A stretch of DNA of 64,000 bases from an uncultured delta proteobacterium. GTDB lineage: Bacteria; Desulfobacterota; Desulfomonilia; UBA1062. Shown here one piece after another: positions 29,398 through 38,618 of the stretch. Location: the NCBI GenBank assembly GCA_963798485.1, contig CAWCTR010000020.1, positions 41,361-105,360 of the forward strand, written 5' to 3'. Made by a program: the position numbers and the translations under genes. Under the pieces are notes generated by a model. That model saw nothing but the letters and a program-made list of their open reading frames with translations. It was not told where the DNA came from and made no database searches. How positions within the stretch are numbered: the stretch's first letter is position 1; every line of letters starts with the position of its first letter.

Positions 29398-30009
29398 TTA
29401 ACCCCTCCCATCCCATCTGCTGAAATTATCAAGGATCTTGAGCCCAGGACTTCCGCTTTTTTCCGGGTGGAACTGCGTGGCAAAGACATTCCCTTGTGAA
29501 ACAGCAGAAGCAAACGTGATCCCGTAGGACGTCCGGGCAACCACGTCCTGCATGTTGTCAGGATCCGGATAATAGGAATGCACAAAGTAAAACCATGCGT
29601 CACTGTCTATTCCATAAAAGAGGGGATGGTCTCTGGTCTTGACGATGGTGTTCCATCCCATGTGTGGTATCTTCTCACCCATATCAGGGAATTTTCTGAC
29701 TGTGCCTGATATGATGCCGAGGCAGAATGCAGAGTCCTCCTCACTGGAATCAAAGATAATCTGGGTTCCGAGGCAAATGCCCAGGAAAGGAGTGCCGCGC
29801 GCAATCACCTCATTTATAACTTTGTCGATCTTGAGTTCGCGTATTGTCTCCATGGCCTTGCCGGCCGCCCCAACCCCTGGGAAGATTACCCTCTCGGCAT
29901 TCATGATCTCACTGGGGCCGGCAGTGATGGCACAGGAAATTCCCAAGTGGTTGAGCGCCCTTTCAACGGATCTCAGGTTACCGGCTTTATAGTCTATAAT
30001 GGCGATCAT
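29398..30009 (-). CDS. hisH: Imidazole glycerol phosphate synthase glutaminase subunit
   Basis: IDYKAGNL.SV, PGVG, GICLG, PHMGWN, YFVHSY, QFHPEKS. Confidence 0.95.
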   Translation of the reverse strand: MIAIIDYKAGNLRSVERALNHLGISCAITAGPSEIMNAERVIFPGVGAAGKAMETIRELKIDKVINEVIARGTPFLGICLGTQIIFDSSEEDSAFCLGIISGTVRKFPDMGEKIPHMGWNTIVKTRDHPLFYGIDSDAWFYFVHSYYPDPDNMQDVVARTSYGITFASAVSQGNVFATQFHPEKSGSPGLKILDNFSRWDGRG

Positions 30010-30019
30010 GAAAGGTTCA

Positions 30020-30502
30020 TTATAATGCTATCCAGGCCCCGATATAAGCTATCACGAGCCCTACAAGCAGTGCAATAGAGCCGACCTTCGTCCTGGTTTC
30101 TGCGTCCGTGAGCAGACCCAGATAGCCTGTGAATTTTTCCTGCTTTTCCTGCGAGGAATTCAGCATGGGTGCAATCATGCGGATGGTGTCGAGGATCTTT
30201 GCAAAGGTGGTTTCTTTCACCAGCAACACAATGCAGCTTGCAATTATTACTATGTACCCGTTCAACATCATAAAGGTGCCCAGGATAAACCCGGAAACCC
30301 CTATCCTATGCTGGAGATCATGCGTGGGCATCTCAAGATGAATGGGCGCAACTACCTCTTCGTGATGACCCTCACCACACCCGAATATCATCATGGAACC
30401 GACCAACAAGACCATGAGAAGACCGGTTTTAATCATCTTCACAAAAAGGCCTCCGAATTCAATTTGATACGCACTATACCTGTAGCTTTTATTTTGTGTC
30501 AA
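30020..30502 (-). CDS. Hypothetical membrane (lipo)protein
   Basis: Lipobox-like IFGC plus further TM segments; true start probably ~20 codons downstream. Confidence 0.6.
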   Translation of the reverse strand: MTQNKSYRYSAYQIEFGGLFVKMIKTGLLMVLLVGSMMIFGCGEGHHEEVVAPIHLEMPTHDLQHRIGVSGFILGTFMMLNGYIVIIASCIVLLVKETTFAKILDTIRMIAPMLNSSQEKQEKFTGYLGLLTDAETRTKVGSIALLVGLVIAYIGAWIAL

Positions 30503-30564
30503 CTCTCTTTAAAGTCAAAGAGCCCTTTATACCGAACAAGTAATAAGACCATACCTACAGGAGG

Positions 30565-31947
30565 GTGACCCGCGTGGGTGAATTTGACGATCTTATAAAG
30601 GAATTTGTAACCGAATCTAAAGAACATATCGCTGACATTGAGGACGATCTCATAAAGATCGAGGCCGACATGGAACAGGTGGACCCCGAGGTCATTAACC
30701 GGGTGTTCAGGGCGGCCCATTCCATCAAGGGCAGCTCGAAATTTCTGGACCTCAACAATATCGGCGATCTCGCACACAAGATGGAGGACGTACTCAACCT
30801 CATCCGCTCAGGAAAGCTGGTACCAACCAGCGATGTGGCCGGGCCCCTGCTTATAGCTGCTGACATGTTGAAAAATATGCTGGAAGATGTGACCTCCAGC
30901 AATGATATGGATATCTCAGAGCATCTCATATTGCTCCAGAATATCCTTACCACAGATGCCGCATTTCAGAAGAAATCTCAGAAGCCGGGAAACGCCGTCC
31001 GTTCGGACGATACTCTTTCAATCTTCGACATCAACATGGATATCATCAAGACTAAACTCGACTCGTTTCAAGTCTTTATCCTGACCATAGATACAGCCCA
31101 AGGCGATATAGACCATATCATGTCCGAACTCAAGAATTTGGGCGAGGTCATTGCCCAGAAGACTACGGCGGACAATAAACTTGTAATGCTTTTTGCCACC
31201 ATAATGGAGTCCGACATGGTCCAGCTCTCCTTGGGTCTCGACAAGGATTCGTTCACCCAGGTGACGGAAGGAATGCTCAACCCAAAGGCCAGGCAGACAC
31301 CTCAACCTAAGTCTGAAGCCCAGGATAACCCGGCACCAAAACCGGTCCCGAAGGCCGCCAAACCAGCGAGCACGAAACCGATTGTCGTGAAAGAGACACA
31401 AGATGATGCGCGTGAATACAGATCTATATCGTATGATGAGTCTGTGGCCAAGCAGATGATCGACTCTCTCAAGAAGGATGTGCAGGCTGCCAAGGAGGAA
31501 GAAAATACCTCGTTTATCACCTTCACGCTCGACAGCGAACTCTATGCCGTACCTATCCAGACTATCGAGGAGATAATCGGCCTACAGGAGATGAGCCTGC
31601 TGCCCAATGTCGCGAATTTCATCAAGGGTGTCATTAATCTTCGTGGTGAGATTGTCCCCATCATGGACCTCAGACTCAAGTTCGGCCTCGAAGCCAAAGA
31701 ATATACCCCCTTCACCGTTTTCCTCATCGTGAGGGTAGACGAACGGCTCATGGGTATGGTTGTAGACAATGTGGCCGATGTGCTCGTCATCGAGCCGACC
31801 AAGGTCCAGAAAAAACCGGCATTCTCAGCCAAGATCTCTACTGATTTTATAAACGGTGTCTATAAGGACACCCAGGAAGACCTGGTGATACTGGTGGATG
31901 TTCCTTCCCTCATCAAACCTGAGGAGTGGGATTTGGCATATATCTGA
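30565..31947 (+). CDS. Hpt-CheW fusion (CheA-like, lacking kinase core)
   Basis: FRAAHSIKGSS Hpt, Pro/Lys linker, CheW domain (GVINLRGEIVPIMDLR). Confidence 0.85.
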   Translation: MTRVGEFDDLIKEFVTESKEHIADIEDDLIKIEADMEQVDPEVINRVFRAAHSIKGSSKFLDLNNIGDLAHKMEDVLNLIRSGKLVPTSDVAGPLLIAADMLKNMLEDVTSSNDMDISEHLILLQNILTTDAAFQKKSQKPGNAVRSDDTLSIFDINMDIIKTKLDSFQVFILTIDTAQGDIDHIMSELKNLGEVIAQKTTADNKLVMLFATIMESDMVQLSLGLDKDSFTQVTEGMLNPKARQTPQPKSEAQDNPAPKPVPKAAKPASTKPIVVKETQDDAREYRSISYDESVAKQMIDSLKKDVQAAKEEENTSFITFTLDSELYAVPIQTIEEIIGLQEMSLLPNVANFIKGVINLRGEIVPIMDLRLKFGLEAKEYTPFTVFLIVRVDERLMGMVVDNVADVLVIEPTKVQKKPAFSAKISTDFINGVYKDTQEDLVILVDVPSLIKPEEWDLAYI

Positions 31948-31959
31948 TCTTATATCAGA

Positions 31960-32448
31960 TCAATGTTTTTTAGGCATAATGAATGAGTAGATAAGTAGGC
32001 CCACCATACCACTTGAGATCCAGGTGTCTGCCATATTGAAGGTGGGCCACTGAAACCGCCCAATGTGAAAGAGTAAGAAATCCACTACCTCACCCCACAG
32101 GAGCCTGTCTGTAAGGTTTCCCAGGGCACCGGCGATGATCAGGCTGAATATGGCCTTGAGCATCCATGAATCCTCACTCATCCTCCAGAAAAGAATGAAC
32201 ATTGCACTGCATGCAATTATAGTGATGACTGCAAAAAACAGGGTCCGGTAGGACATTGGAAGTCCTTGCAGCATGCCGAAGGCTGCACCGGTGTTCCTGG
32301 CGTGGATAATGTTGAAGAACCTGGGGATCACGATAAAACTCGAGCCGATCTCCATGCGGGTGTAGATTAACCATTTGGTCCACTGGTCTATAAGATAACA
32401 GGGAAGAGCCAGGAACCCTATCCACACTGCCATGGTCTTTATCTTCAT
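31960..32448 (-). CDS. lspA: Lipoprotein signal peptidase II
   Basis: DQWTK, NTGAAFG, GALGNLTDR, VVDF, FNMAD. Confidence 0.95.
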   Translation of the reverse strand: MKIKTMAVWIGFLALPCYLIDQWTKWLIYTRMEIGSSFIVIPRFFNIIHARNTGAAFGMLQGLPMSYRTLFFAVITIIACSAMFILFWRMSEDSWMLKAIFSLIIAGALGNLTDRLLWGEVVDFLLFHIGRFQWPTFNMADTWISSGMVGLLIYSFIMPKKH

Positions 32449-32693
32449 TTCATTTCCTATTCCTGTTCTTTTCTTGCTTAAGATAGTAAGATAGATTGTT
32501 CAATACAGTCATCACAAAGCACAAACAACCGTGGCACGCAAGATCAAAGAACTTTATCAAAAGGCTTAAGCCTGATTCTTATGATTCAAATTTGTAACCT
32601 GCCTTGAGATATGCCTGTTTCATCCGACAAAGTCTTAAGAGCCCTTATCACGCTATCTTGTAAGAGCGACAGCATCTGAAGGAGGTAAGTTTC

Positions 32694-33542
32694 ATGAAGG
32701 TCATAAAAACATCTTTTGTTCGTATTTTTTTCCTCATTCTGATGTGCTTTTTCATGAGCAGCATGGCCTTTGCAGAAAAAACTCTGGTAGTTGCTGTCAA
32801 TGCAAACTGCCCACCCATGCAGATAAAAGACGGGAAAGGGAACGTGAGCGGTTACGAGATTGATCTCTTGAAGGCCCTTGCTGCCGAGGCCGGTTTTAAG
32901 GTCAAGCTGGTGAATGTTCCATGGAGAAACATCTTTAATGAACTGGGTGCAGGCAAATACGATGCAATTATGGCCTCTGTAAGCATTACGGATGGGAGAA
33001 AGGAGAAGTATGCCTTTTCCGATCCCTATTTTACGGCCGAGCAGATCCTCCTTGTACCCAAGGCAAAGGCAAGTGATAAACTTCAGGGTAAGACAATGGC
33101 TGTCTTCAAATTAACAACAGGCGCTGAAGCGGTCAGAAGCACCCAGGGCTGCAACATTACATACTATACGGTTGATGAGACCGAACAAGCATTCAAGGAC
33201 TTGTCAAAGGGCTTTGTTGACGGCATTCTCTGTGACTCGCCGGTGGCCTATAATTATGCCGCCAAGTACAATGGCAAGTTCGCCCTTAAGGGTGACGCAT
33301 GTGCGTTGGCAAAAAAATCAGCGAACGAGGATTATGGGATAGTAGTCAAGAAAGGCGACACTGAAACCCTCGACCTCATTAACAAAGGCCTCAAGGCGGT
33401 TAAAGAAAAGGGCATTGAAGCAAAAATCAAAGACAAGTGGTTCAAGGATATCCTCCTTGCCTCCGGAGTAAAGACTCAAGACTCTATCCTGGCTTCCGAG
33501 ATAATGACAGGTCCCCAGAATTCACCGGCGTCTGGTAAATAG
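32694..33542 (+). CDS. Polar amino-acid ABC transporter substrate-binding protein
   Basis: Signal peptide, GYEIDL, SITDGRKEKYAFSDPYF, EDYGIVVKKG. Confidence 0.88.
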   Translation: MKVIKTSFVRIFFLILMCFFMSSMAFAEKTLVVAVNANCPPMQIKDGKGNVSGYEIDLLKALAAEAGFKVKLVNVPWRNIFNELGAGKYDAIMASVSITDGRKEKYAFSDPYFTAEQILLVPKAKASDKLQGKTMAVFKLTTGAEAVRSTQGCNITYYTVDETEQAFKDLSKGFVDGILCDSPVAYNYAAKYNGKFALKGDACALAKKSANEDYGIVVKKGDTETLDLINKGLKAVKEKGIEAKIKDKWFKDILLASGVKTQDSILASEIMTGPQNSPASGK

Positions 33543-33571
33543 CATCATGGTTTAAGCGCGTATTCAGCATC

Positions 33572-33612
33572 AAGGGCCTTCTCCGGCTGCTCCGGCCGGA
33601 GAAGGCCCTTTT
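33572..33612 (+). terminator. Rho-independent terminator
   Basis: 16-bp perfect stem AAGGGCCTTCTCCGGC/GCCGGAGAAGGCCCTT followed by a T-rich run. Confidence 0.85.
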
Positions 33613-33684
33613 CTCTATTTACTCTAAAAAAATACTGCCATCCAAAATTAATAAATTCTGGTAAAAGGATCGATAAGAAGTCTT

Positions 33685-35364
33685 ATGAGAATTATATATC
33701 TGACAGATATCCATGGCGATTTTGAACGGGTGAAGAACCTGCTCTCAGAGACGGTTGCACAGCTCTATATCCTATCCGGTGACATCCTAGACATCCCTTT
33801 TTACAATATGGAGACCTCCATTAGGTATTACGAACTCCAGTCATATTTCCACGGTCTGAGAATGAGCATGAAAGAGGAAGACAAGCTGCTGGAGGACTTT
33901 GTAGATCAACTCCTGGAGAGCCCCGATGTCACTGAAGAGATCGAGGAAAAGGGGACCAAGTACGAGCAATACACCATCCGGGCCCGCAGGGTGATGCAGC
34001 AGAAATATAAGGTTCTGAAGAACATCATATCCATGAAGAAAAAATCGCGCGTATTGTGCCTGCCCGGGAACTATGACATGGACCTCAAATACACGGCACT
34101 GCATGACAATGATCTGCATCTGCACTGGTACAAGCTGGATGACTTACGCATATGCGGCTACGGCGGCGCCGAGGTCTGGACACCGGGTATCCCCGAACGA
34201 TACATTGTAAGGTACCAGGCAGGCATGAACACATACGGGAAAAGAAATGGGAAGAAAAACGAGATGTACCCCTTTTTCCGGGTGGTAAAACCAGATATCA
34301 TAGTGGCCCACCAACCGGCTTACGGGGTGAATGACAACACAACGGCGGGCGGGGCCTTTGGTTCGCCTGTATTGCGCAGCTACTGCGACGATAACCCGGT
34401 CATGCTCTGCCTCACCGGTCATGCCCATGATTCCTGGGGTGTGGCCTTTCATGAAAACACCTTGTATCTCAACCCCTCCAACTTCGGGGAGGTAACCGGA
34501 CCTACGGGGGAGGTAGCTGAAGGAGGGTTCTTTTACCAGATCGAGACCGAACATCTCAAGGTGAAGGGTATCATCTTTAAAAAATTCTACGATGGCAGGA
34601 TATTCGACATAGCCGATTACTATCCCGAAGGGAAAAAATGGGTAGAGAAGATTATCGACCACGACCGCTACGAGGCACTGAAGAACAGAAAGAACTATGA
34701 TATGAAGGATATCAAGTACTCACATATCCCCCAGATACAGCTCTTCAAGGAGATCAAACAGTTCTTCAGGATGTTCCAGACCCCTGAGACCGAAGCGCGC
34801 GTCGACAAGCTTGAGGAGGTGGCACAGCTGCTGGAAGACAAGATACCGGGCGACATCGCCATGGATGTCATGGGCTCGGTGAACATGGGAACCTCACAGG
34901 CCGGATCCGATATCGACCTGGTTTTATATCTGAGGTGCGGCCCTTCCTGCACCAAGGGCCATGATGAATGCGAGTTCTCTCAGAATGCGCAATCCATGAT
35001 CAAGGAATACTTGGGCCATGAGTACGAGCCCCATTTTCTGGATTGCATCGATTTGGGCCAGGTGGAAAAGAGCATCATGGAAAAGAACTATGAAAGTGAA
35101 ACCCTCCAGCGCTTCGTCGCCTACCGCTCCATCTGCCGCCCCATTAATTATCGTGTCATTGCTCCTATCGAGGACATGCTCAATCAGGACATGATATTTA
35201 AGAAAGAGATTGAAGGGAGCATCCAGTCTTATATACAAATCTTCGCCAATACATCCGAGCACGTAAGGTCGCTCAAGAAATATGAATCCCGGCTGAACGA
35301 ACTCGGGATAAAGGTGCCCGAATCAGTCAAACGAACGATTAAGCAATATTTGAACGAAAGCTGA
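33685..35364 (+). CDS. Metallophosphoesterase fused to a Pol-beta-type nucleotidyltransferase domain
   Basis: TDIHG, SGDILD, PGNYD, AHQP, TGHAH; C-terminal GSVNMGTSQAGSDIDLV. Confidence 0.8.
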   Translation: MRIIYLTDIHGDFERVKNLLSETVAQLYILSGDILDIPFYNMETSIRYYELQSYFHGLRMSMKEEDKLLEDFVDQLLESPDVTEEIEEKGTKYEQYTIRARRVMQQKYKVLKNIISMKKKSRVLCLPGNYDMDLKYTALHDNDLHLHWYKLDDLRICGYGGAEVWTPGIPERYIVRYQAGMNTYGKRNGKKNEMYPFFRVVKPDIIVAHQPAYGVNDNTTAGGAFGSPVLRSYCDDNPVMLCLTGHAHDSWGVAFHENTLYLNPSNFGEVTGPTGEVAEGGFFYQIETEHLKVKGIIFKKFYDGRIFDIADYYPEGKKWVEKIIDHDRYEALKNRKNYDMKDIKYSHIPQIQLFKEIKQFFRMFQTPETEARVDKLEEVAQLLEDKIPGDIAMDVMGSVNMGTSQAGSDIDLVLYLRCGPSCTKGHDECEFSQNAQSMIKEYLGHEYEPHFLDCIDLGQVEKSIMEKNYESETLQRFVAYRSICRPINYRVIAPIEDMLNQDMIFKKEIEGSIQSYIQIFANTSEHVRSLKKYESRLNELGIKVPESVKRTIKQYLNES

Positions 35365-35463
35365 CCAGAGGATTTACTTTTTCTCATAATGGAGCTATAG
35401 GGATCTAATGCTCACTTCTTATGACTGCCAAAACCAACGAGAACGCATCCTAGGACATATACG

Positions 35464-36183
35464 ATGAAAAACTATCTTTATAAGCTCGTCATATATAACG
35501 TAACAGACCTGTGCTATAATAACTGCCTGAATTACTTCCCTTCAGGGTCCCGAATTCTGGACGTAGGTATCGGCAATGGGATGATGCTTCGTAATTACCA
35601 TGGACTGATTAAATCCAAGAACTTCTCAATCGTAGGCATCGACATCAACAAAGACTATCTCAGCCACTGCAGCAGTCTTATCAGAAATTGCCGGCTTGAA
35701 GACCATATCCGGATTTTTCACGAACCCGTAGAAGGCTATGAACCTCCTGAGGAGGCTTATTTCGATTACATCCTCTTCAGCATGAGCTTCATGCTTTTTA
35801 ACGATCAGGAACTCGTGCTCGACCGCGTAAGGAGATGGCTGAAACCGGGAGGAAAAATACTCTTTTTCCAGACCATGTTCCACAATCGTTCACTGTTCAT
35901 GGAGTTTATCAAGCCAAAGCTCAAGTATGTCACCACCGTAGACTTCGGTCGGGTGACTTATGATGACGGTTTCTTCGACCTGCTCAGAAAAAAGAAGTTG
36001 AACATCGACGAAGACAGACTCATCAAAAGAGAATGGTTCAAGGGCGAGTACCGGCTCATTATATCAAGCCCTGGAAACGGCAAGGCTGTGGAAGGTGTGC
36101 TGAAGAGTGCGCCCGGAATCAGGCCTACTTTTCTGAATCCTGTTCCGCAGAGAAAAGCGGAAAGGAAATCAAAAATAATCTGA
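35464..36183 (+). CDS. Class I SAM-dependent methyltransferase
   Basis: ILDVGIGNG, VGIDIN, FDYILFS, LKPGG. Confidence 0.85.
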   Translation: MKNYLYKLVIYNVTDLCYNNCLNYFPSGSRILDVGIGNGMMLRNYHGLIKSKNFSIVGIDINKDYLSHCSSLIRNCRLEDHIRIFHEPVEGYEPPEEAYFDYILFSMSFMLFNDQELVLDRVRRWLKPGGKILFFQTMFHNRSLFMEFIKPKLKYVTTVDFGRVTYDDGFFDLLRKKKLNIDEDRLIKREWFKGEYRLIISSPGNGKAVEGVLKSAPGIRPTFLNPVPQRKAERKSKII

Positions 36184-36206
36184 AGTTAAGAACCTTGGTA
36201 AAGATA

Positions 36207-36677
36207 ATGACCCAGGGATTCTTTAAGAAATATGTCATCTCACCCATTATTTCTCTATTGAAGCAGGGTCTTACGCCCCAGATACTGGCGATGAGCATGA
36301 CAAGCGGCATCATCATTGGAACCTTCCCCCTTGTTGGCACCACCACTGCAATCTGTACTATGGCGGCAATCTTGTTTCGCATGAACCTCCTTGTGATTCA
36401 GCTTGGCAACTGGCTGGTATACCCCATCCAGCTCTTGCTTATCGTGCCCTTTATCGTACTGGGCGAGCACCTTTTCGGGTCGCCATCCACCCTTGACCCA
36501 ACTCACATAGTAACCTTGCTTCATACCGATCTCTGGACAACCCTTAGACTCTTCTCAAAAATGATCCTGCACGCGGCCATTGCATGGATGATCTGTGCGC
36601 CCTTTGCATTTGCAGCCATTTATATAGTACTCAAAAGCCTCTTCAAGTTTCTCCATACCCGTATGGTACAGGGCTGA
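36207..36677 (+). CDS. DUF2062-like membrane protein
   Basis: QGLTPQILAMS...GTFPLVGTTT...NWLVYP; start at MTQG. Confidence 0.75.
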   Translation: MTQGFFKKYVISPIISLLKQGLTPQILAMSMTSGIIIGTFPLVGTTTAICTMAAILFRMNLLVIQLGNWLVYPIQLLLIVPFIVLGEHLFGSPSTLDPTHIVTLLHTDLWTTLRLFSKMILHAAIAWMICAPFAFAAIYIVLKSLFKFLHTRMVQG

Positions 36678-36679
36678 GT

Positions 36680-37237
36680 ATGAAGCAAACGGACCGCATT
36701 CTTCTCCATGTGTGCTGCGCACCCTGCTCTACCGCTGTAGTGGAGAGGCTTCAGGAACAAGGCTATGATATTATTTTGTTCTTCAGCAACTCCAACATCC
36801 ACCCGAAAGATGAGTATGACAAACGCCTGGCTGAGGCCGGAAAAATCGCTTCAATTCAAGGACTGGAGCTTATTATAGACGAGTATGACCACCAATCATG
36901 GCTGGACCACATACACGGCCTTGAAAACGAGCCCGAGCGTGGAAAGCGTTGCATCAAGTGCTTTGAGTACAACCTGAACAGGACTGCTATTATGGCGCAG
37001 CAGCTCGGCATCCCAGGCTTTACCACTACACTCACGGTAAGCCGACACAAGTCATCCAGAGACATCTTTTCCATTGGAAGCACCCTTAAGGGTTTCCTGG
37101 CCATGGACTTTAAGAAGCAAGACGGCTATTCCCGCAGCATTGTTCTTACCAAACAGTTTGAGCTCTATCGCCAGGGGTATTGCGGGTGTGAGTTCAGTAA
37201 AAGCAAAATGAATCCGGTAGAACTTGATATCGTCTAA
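36680..37237 (+). CDS. queH: Epoxyqueuosine reductase QueH
   Basis: LLHVCCAPC, NIHP..EY, RCIKC, FTTTL.VS, YRQGYCGC. Confidence 0.92.
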   Translation: MKQTDRILLHVCCAPCSTAVVERLQEQGYDIILFFSNSNIHPKDEYDKRLAEAGKIASIQGLELIIDEYDHQSWLDHIHGLENEPERGKRCIKCFEYNLNRTAIMAQQLGIPGFTTTLTVSRHKSSRDIFSIGSTLKGFLAMDFKKQDGYSRSIVLTKQFELYRQGYCGCEFSKSKMNPVELDIV

Positions 37238-37317
37238 AAAAGCTGGGGGTTCAAGAATCTGATTCTTCATAGTAAATGCATTTGACAGGTGTAAAAAAAT
37301 TCTAGGAGGCATCTCCA

Positions 37318-37542
37318 ATGGCCGGAAAAATATTCTATAGAGAGCGGACAAAGGCAAAGGAAGGCGAGAAGAAGCCCAGGTTCTATCTGGTTGCCGTGGC
37401 TGGACTCGATCTGAGATTCCATGCTAAGCATGTGCGCAAGGCTGAACTTGACCGGATTGCAAAAGAACTCGGGGCAGAGCTGATCCTCCTTGAGCGTGAT
37501 GAGGAAGGAAAGTACGGCACTGAAGATGTGGAGATAAAATAG
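37318..37542 (+). CDS. Small hypothetical protein upstream of the Mo-storage-like gene
   Basis: 74-aa ORF with AGGAGG RBS. Confidence 0.7.
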   Translation: MAGKIFYRERTKAKEGEKKPRFYLVAVAGLDLRFHAKHVRKAELDRIAKELGAELILLERDEEGKYGTEDVEIK

Positions 37543-37585
37543 CCTGTTAAATCTTTTCGAATTACCACTACTGAAAGGTGATTGC

Positions 37586-38419
37586 ATGTCCCTGGTAAGA
37601 GAAAGAGATGGTAAGCGCCTGCATATAAAGAGCAGGCTCATGGGCGAGAGCCTGGTGAGGAAATCGCTGTATGATGATATGGACATACCTCCGCAGCTCC
37701 GGTTATTTCCTGACGTGAATGTGGTGAAGATCGGCGGCCAGTCCATATGTGACCGTGGGATTAAAGCCCTACCTGCCATCATCAAGGAAATCGCCTCTGT
37801 GAAGAAAAAGCACAAAATCCTGCTCACTACAGGCGGCGGTACGAGGAGCAGGCATATCTACACCATCGGCATAGAGTTGGGCATGCCCACAGGTATCATT
37901 GCCAAATTCGCCAGCACAATATCCGAGCAGAACGCCCTGCTGGTTGCTACGCTTCTGGCCCCGTGGGACGGCATCCGCATTCATCAGGACGACATCCTGA
38001 AACTGCCTACATATTTTTCACAGGGGTGTATACCGGTCACCCACGGCATGCCGCCTTATGACTATTTCGCGCTCCCCCCGGAACACGGGAGGCTGCCGAT
38101 GCACCGGACCGATGCAGGAACGCTGCTCATGGCCAATCTCATCGGCGCCAGAAGCTGCATACTGGTCAAGGATGAAGATGGCCTCTACACAGACAACCCC
38201 AAGACCAATCCAAAGGCAGACTTTATCCCCGAGATCGGGGCCAAAAAGCTCATGAAGATGGATCTCGAAGACCTGGTCATCGAGCGATCATGCCTGGAGA
38301 TCCTCCAGAACAGCGAGGCTCTGGACAAGATCCAGATCATCAACGGGCTCAAGAAGGGGAACATAACCAAGGCGCTTCAGGGCAGGCACGTCGGTACCAT
38401 TATCTTCAAAGAAAAATAA
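37586..38419 (+). CDS. Molybdenum storage protein-like (amino-acid/uridylate kinase fold)
   Basis: VVKIGGQSICDRG, TGGGTRSRH, GMPPY, P.HRTD, KDEDGLYT resemble MosA/MosB. Confidence 0.8.
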   Translation: MSLVRERDGKRLHIKSRLMGESLVRKSLYDDMDIPPQLRLFPDVNVVKIGGQSICDRGIKALPAIIKEIASVKKKHKILLTTGGGTRSRHIYTIGIELGMPTGIIAKFASTISEQNALLVATLLAPWDGIRIHQDDILKLPTYFSQGCIPVTHGMPPYDYFALPPEHGRLPMHRTDAGTLLMANLIGARSCILVKDEDGLYTDNPKTNPKADFIPEIGAKKLMKMDLEDLVIERSCLEILQNSEALDKIQIINGLKKGNITKALQGRHVGTIIFKEK

Positions 38420-38618
38420 TCATACCTATAGGAATCATATGGAAATCTTTCTATCCTGTTCTGGTTGTATTATCTTACTGGAGGTATGCCGTTGTTGGGT
38501 CTTGCTCTAGATATTTAAGAGGCAGGAGGGGCGGCATATTTGAAACCGAGTTAGGTGATTGTTTTGTGAAGATGTATGGGAGAAAGCGGAAGATTTTTAG
38601 AGGAGAAACGGGATATTT

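Noticed and set aside
32532-32547. TGGCACG as a sigma54 promoter
   Set aside because: No GC at the -12 position
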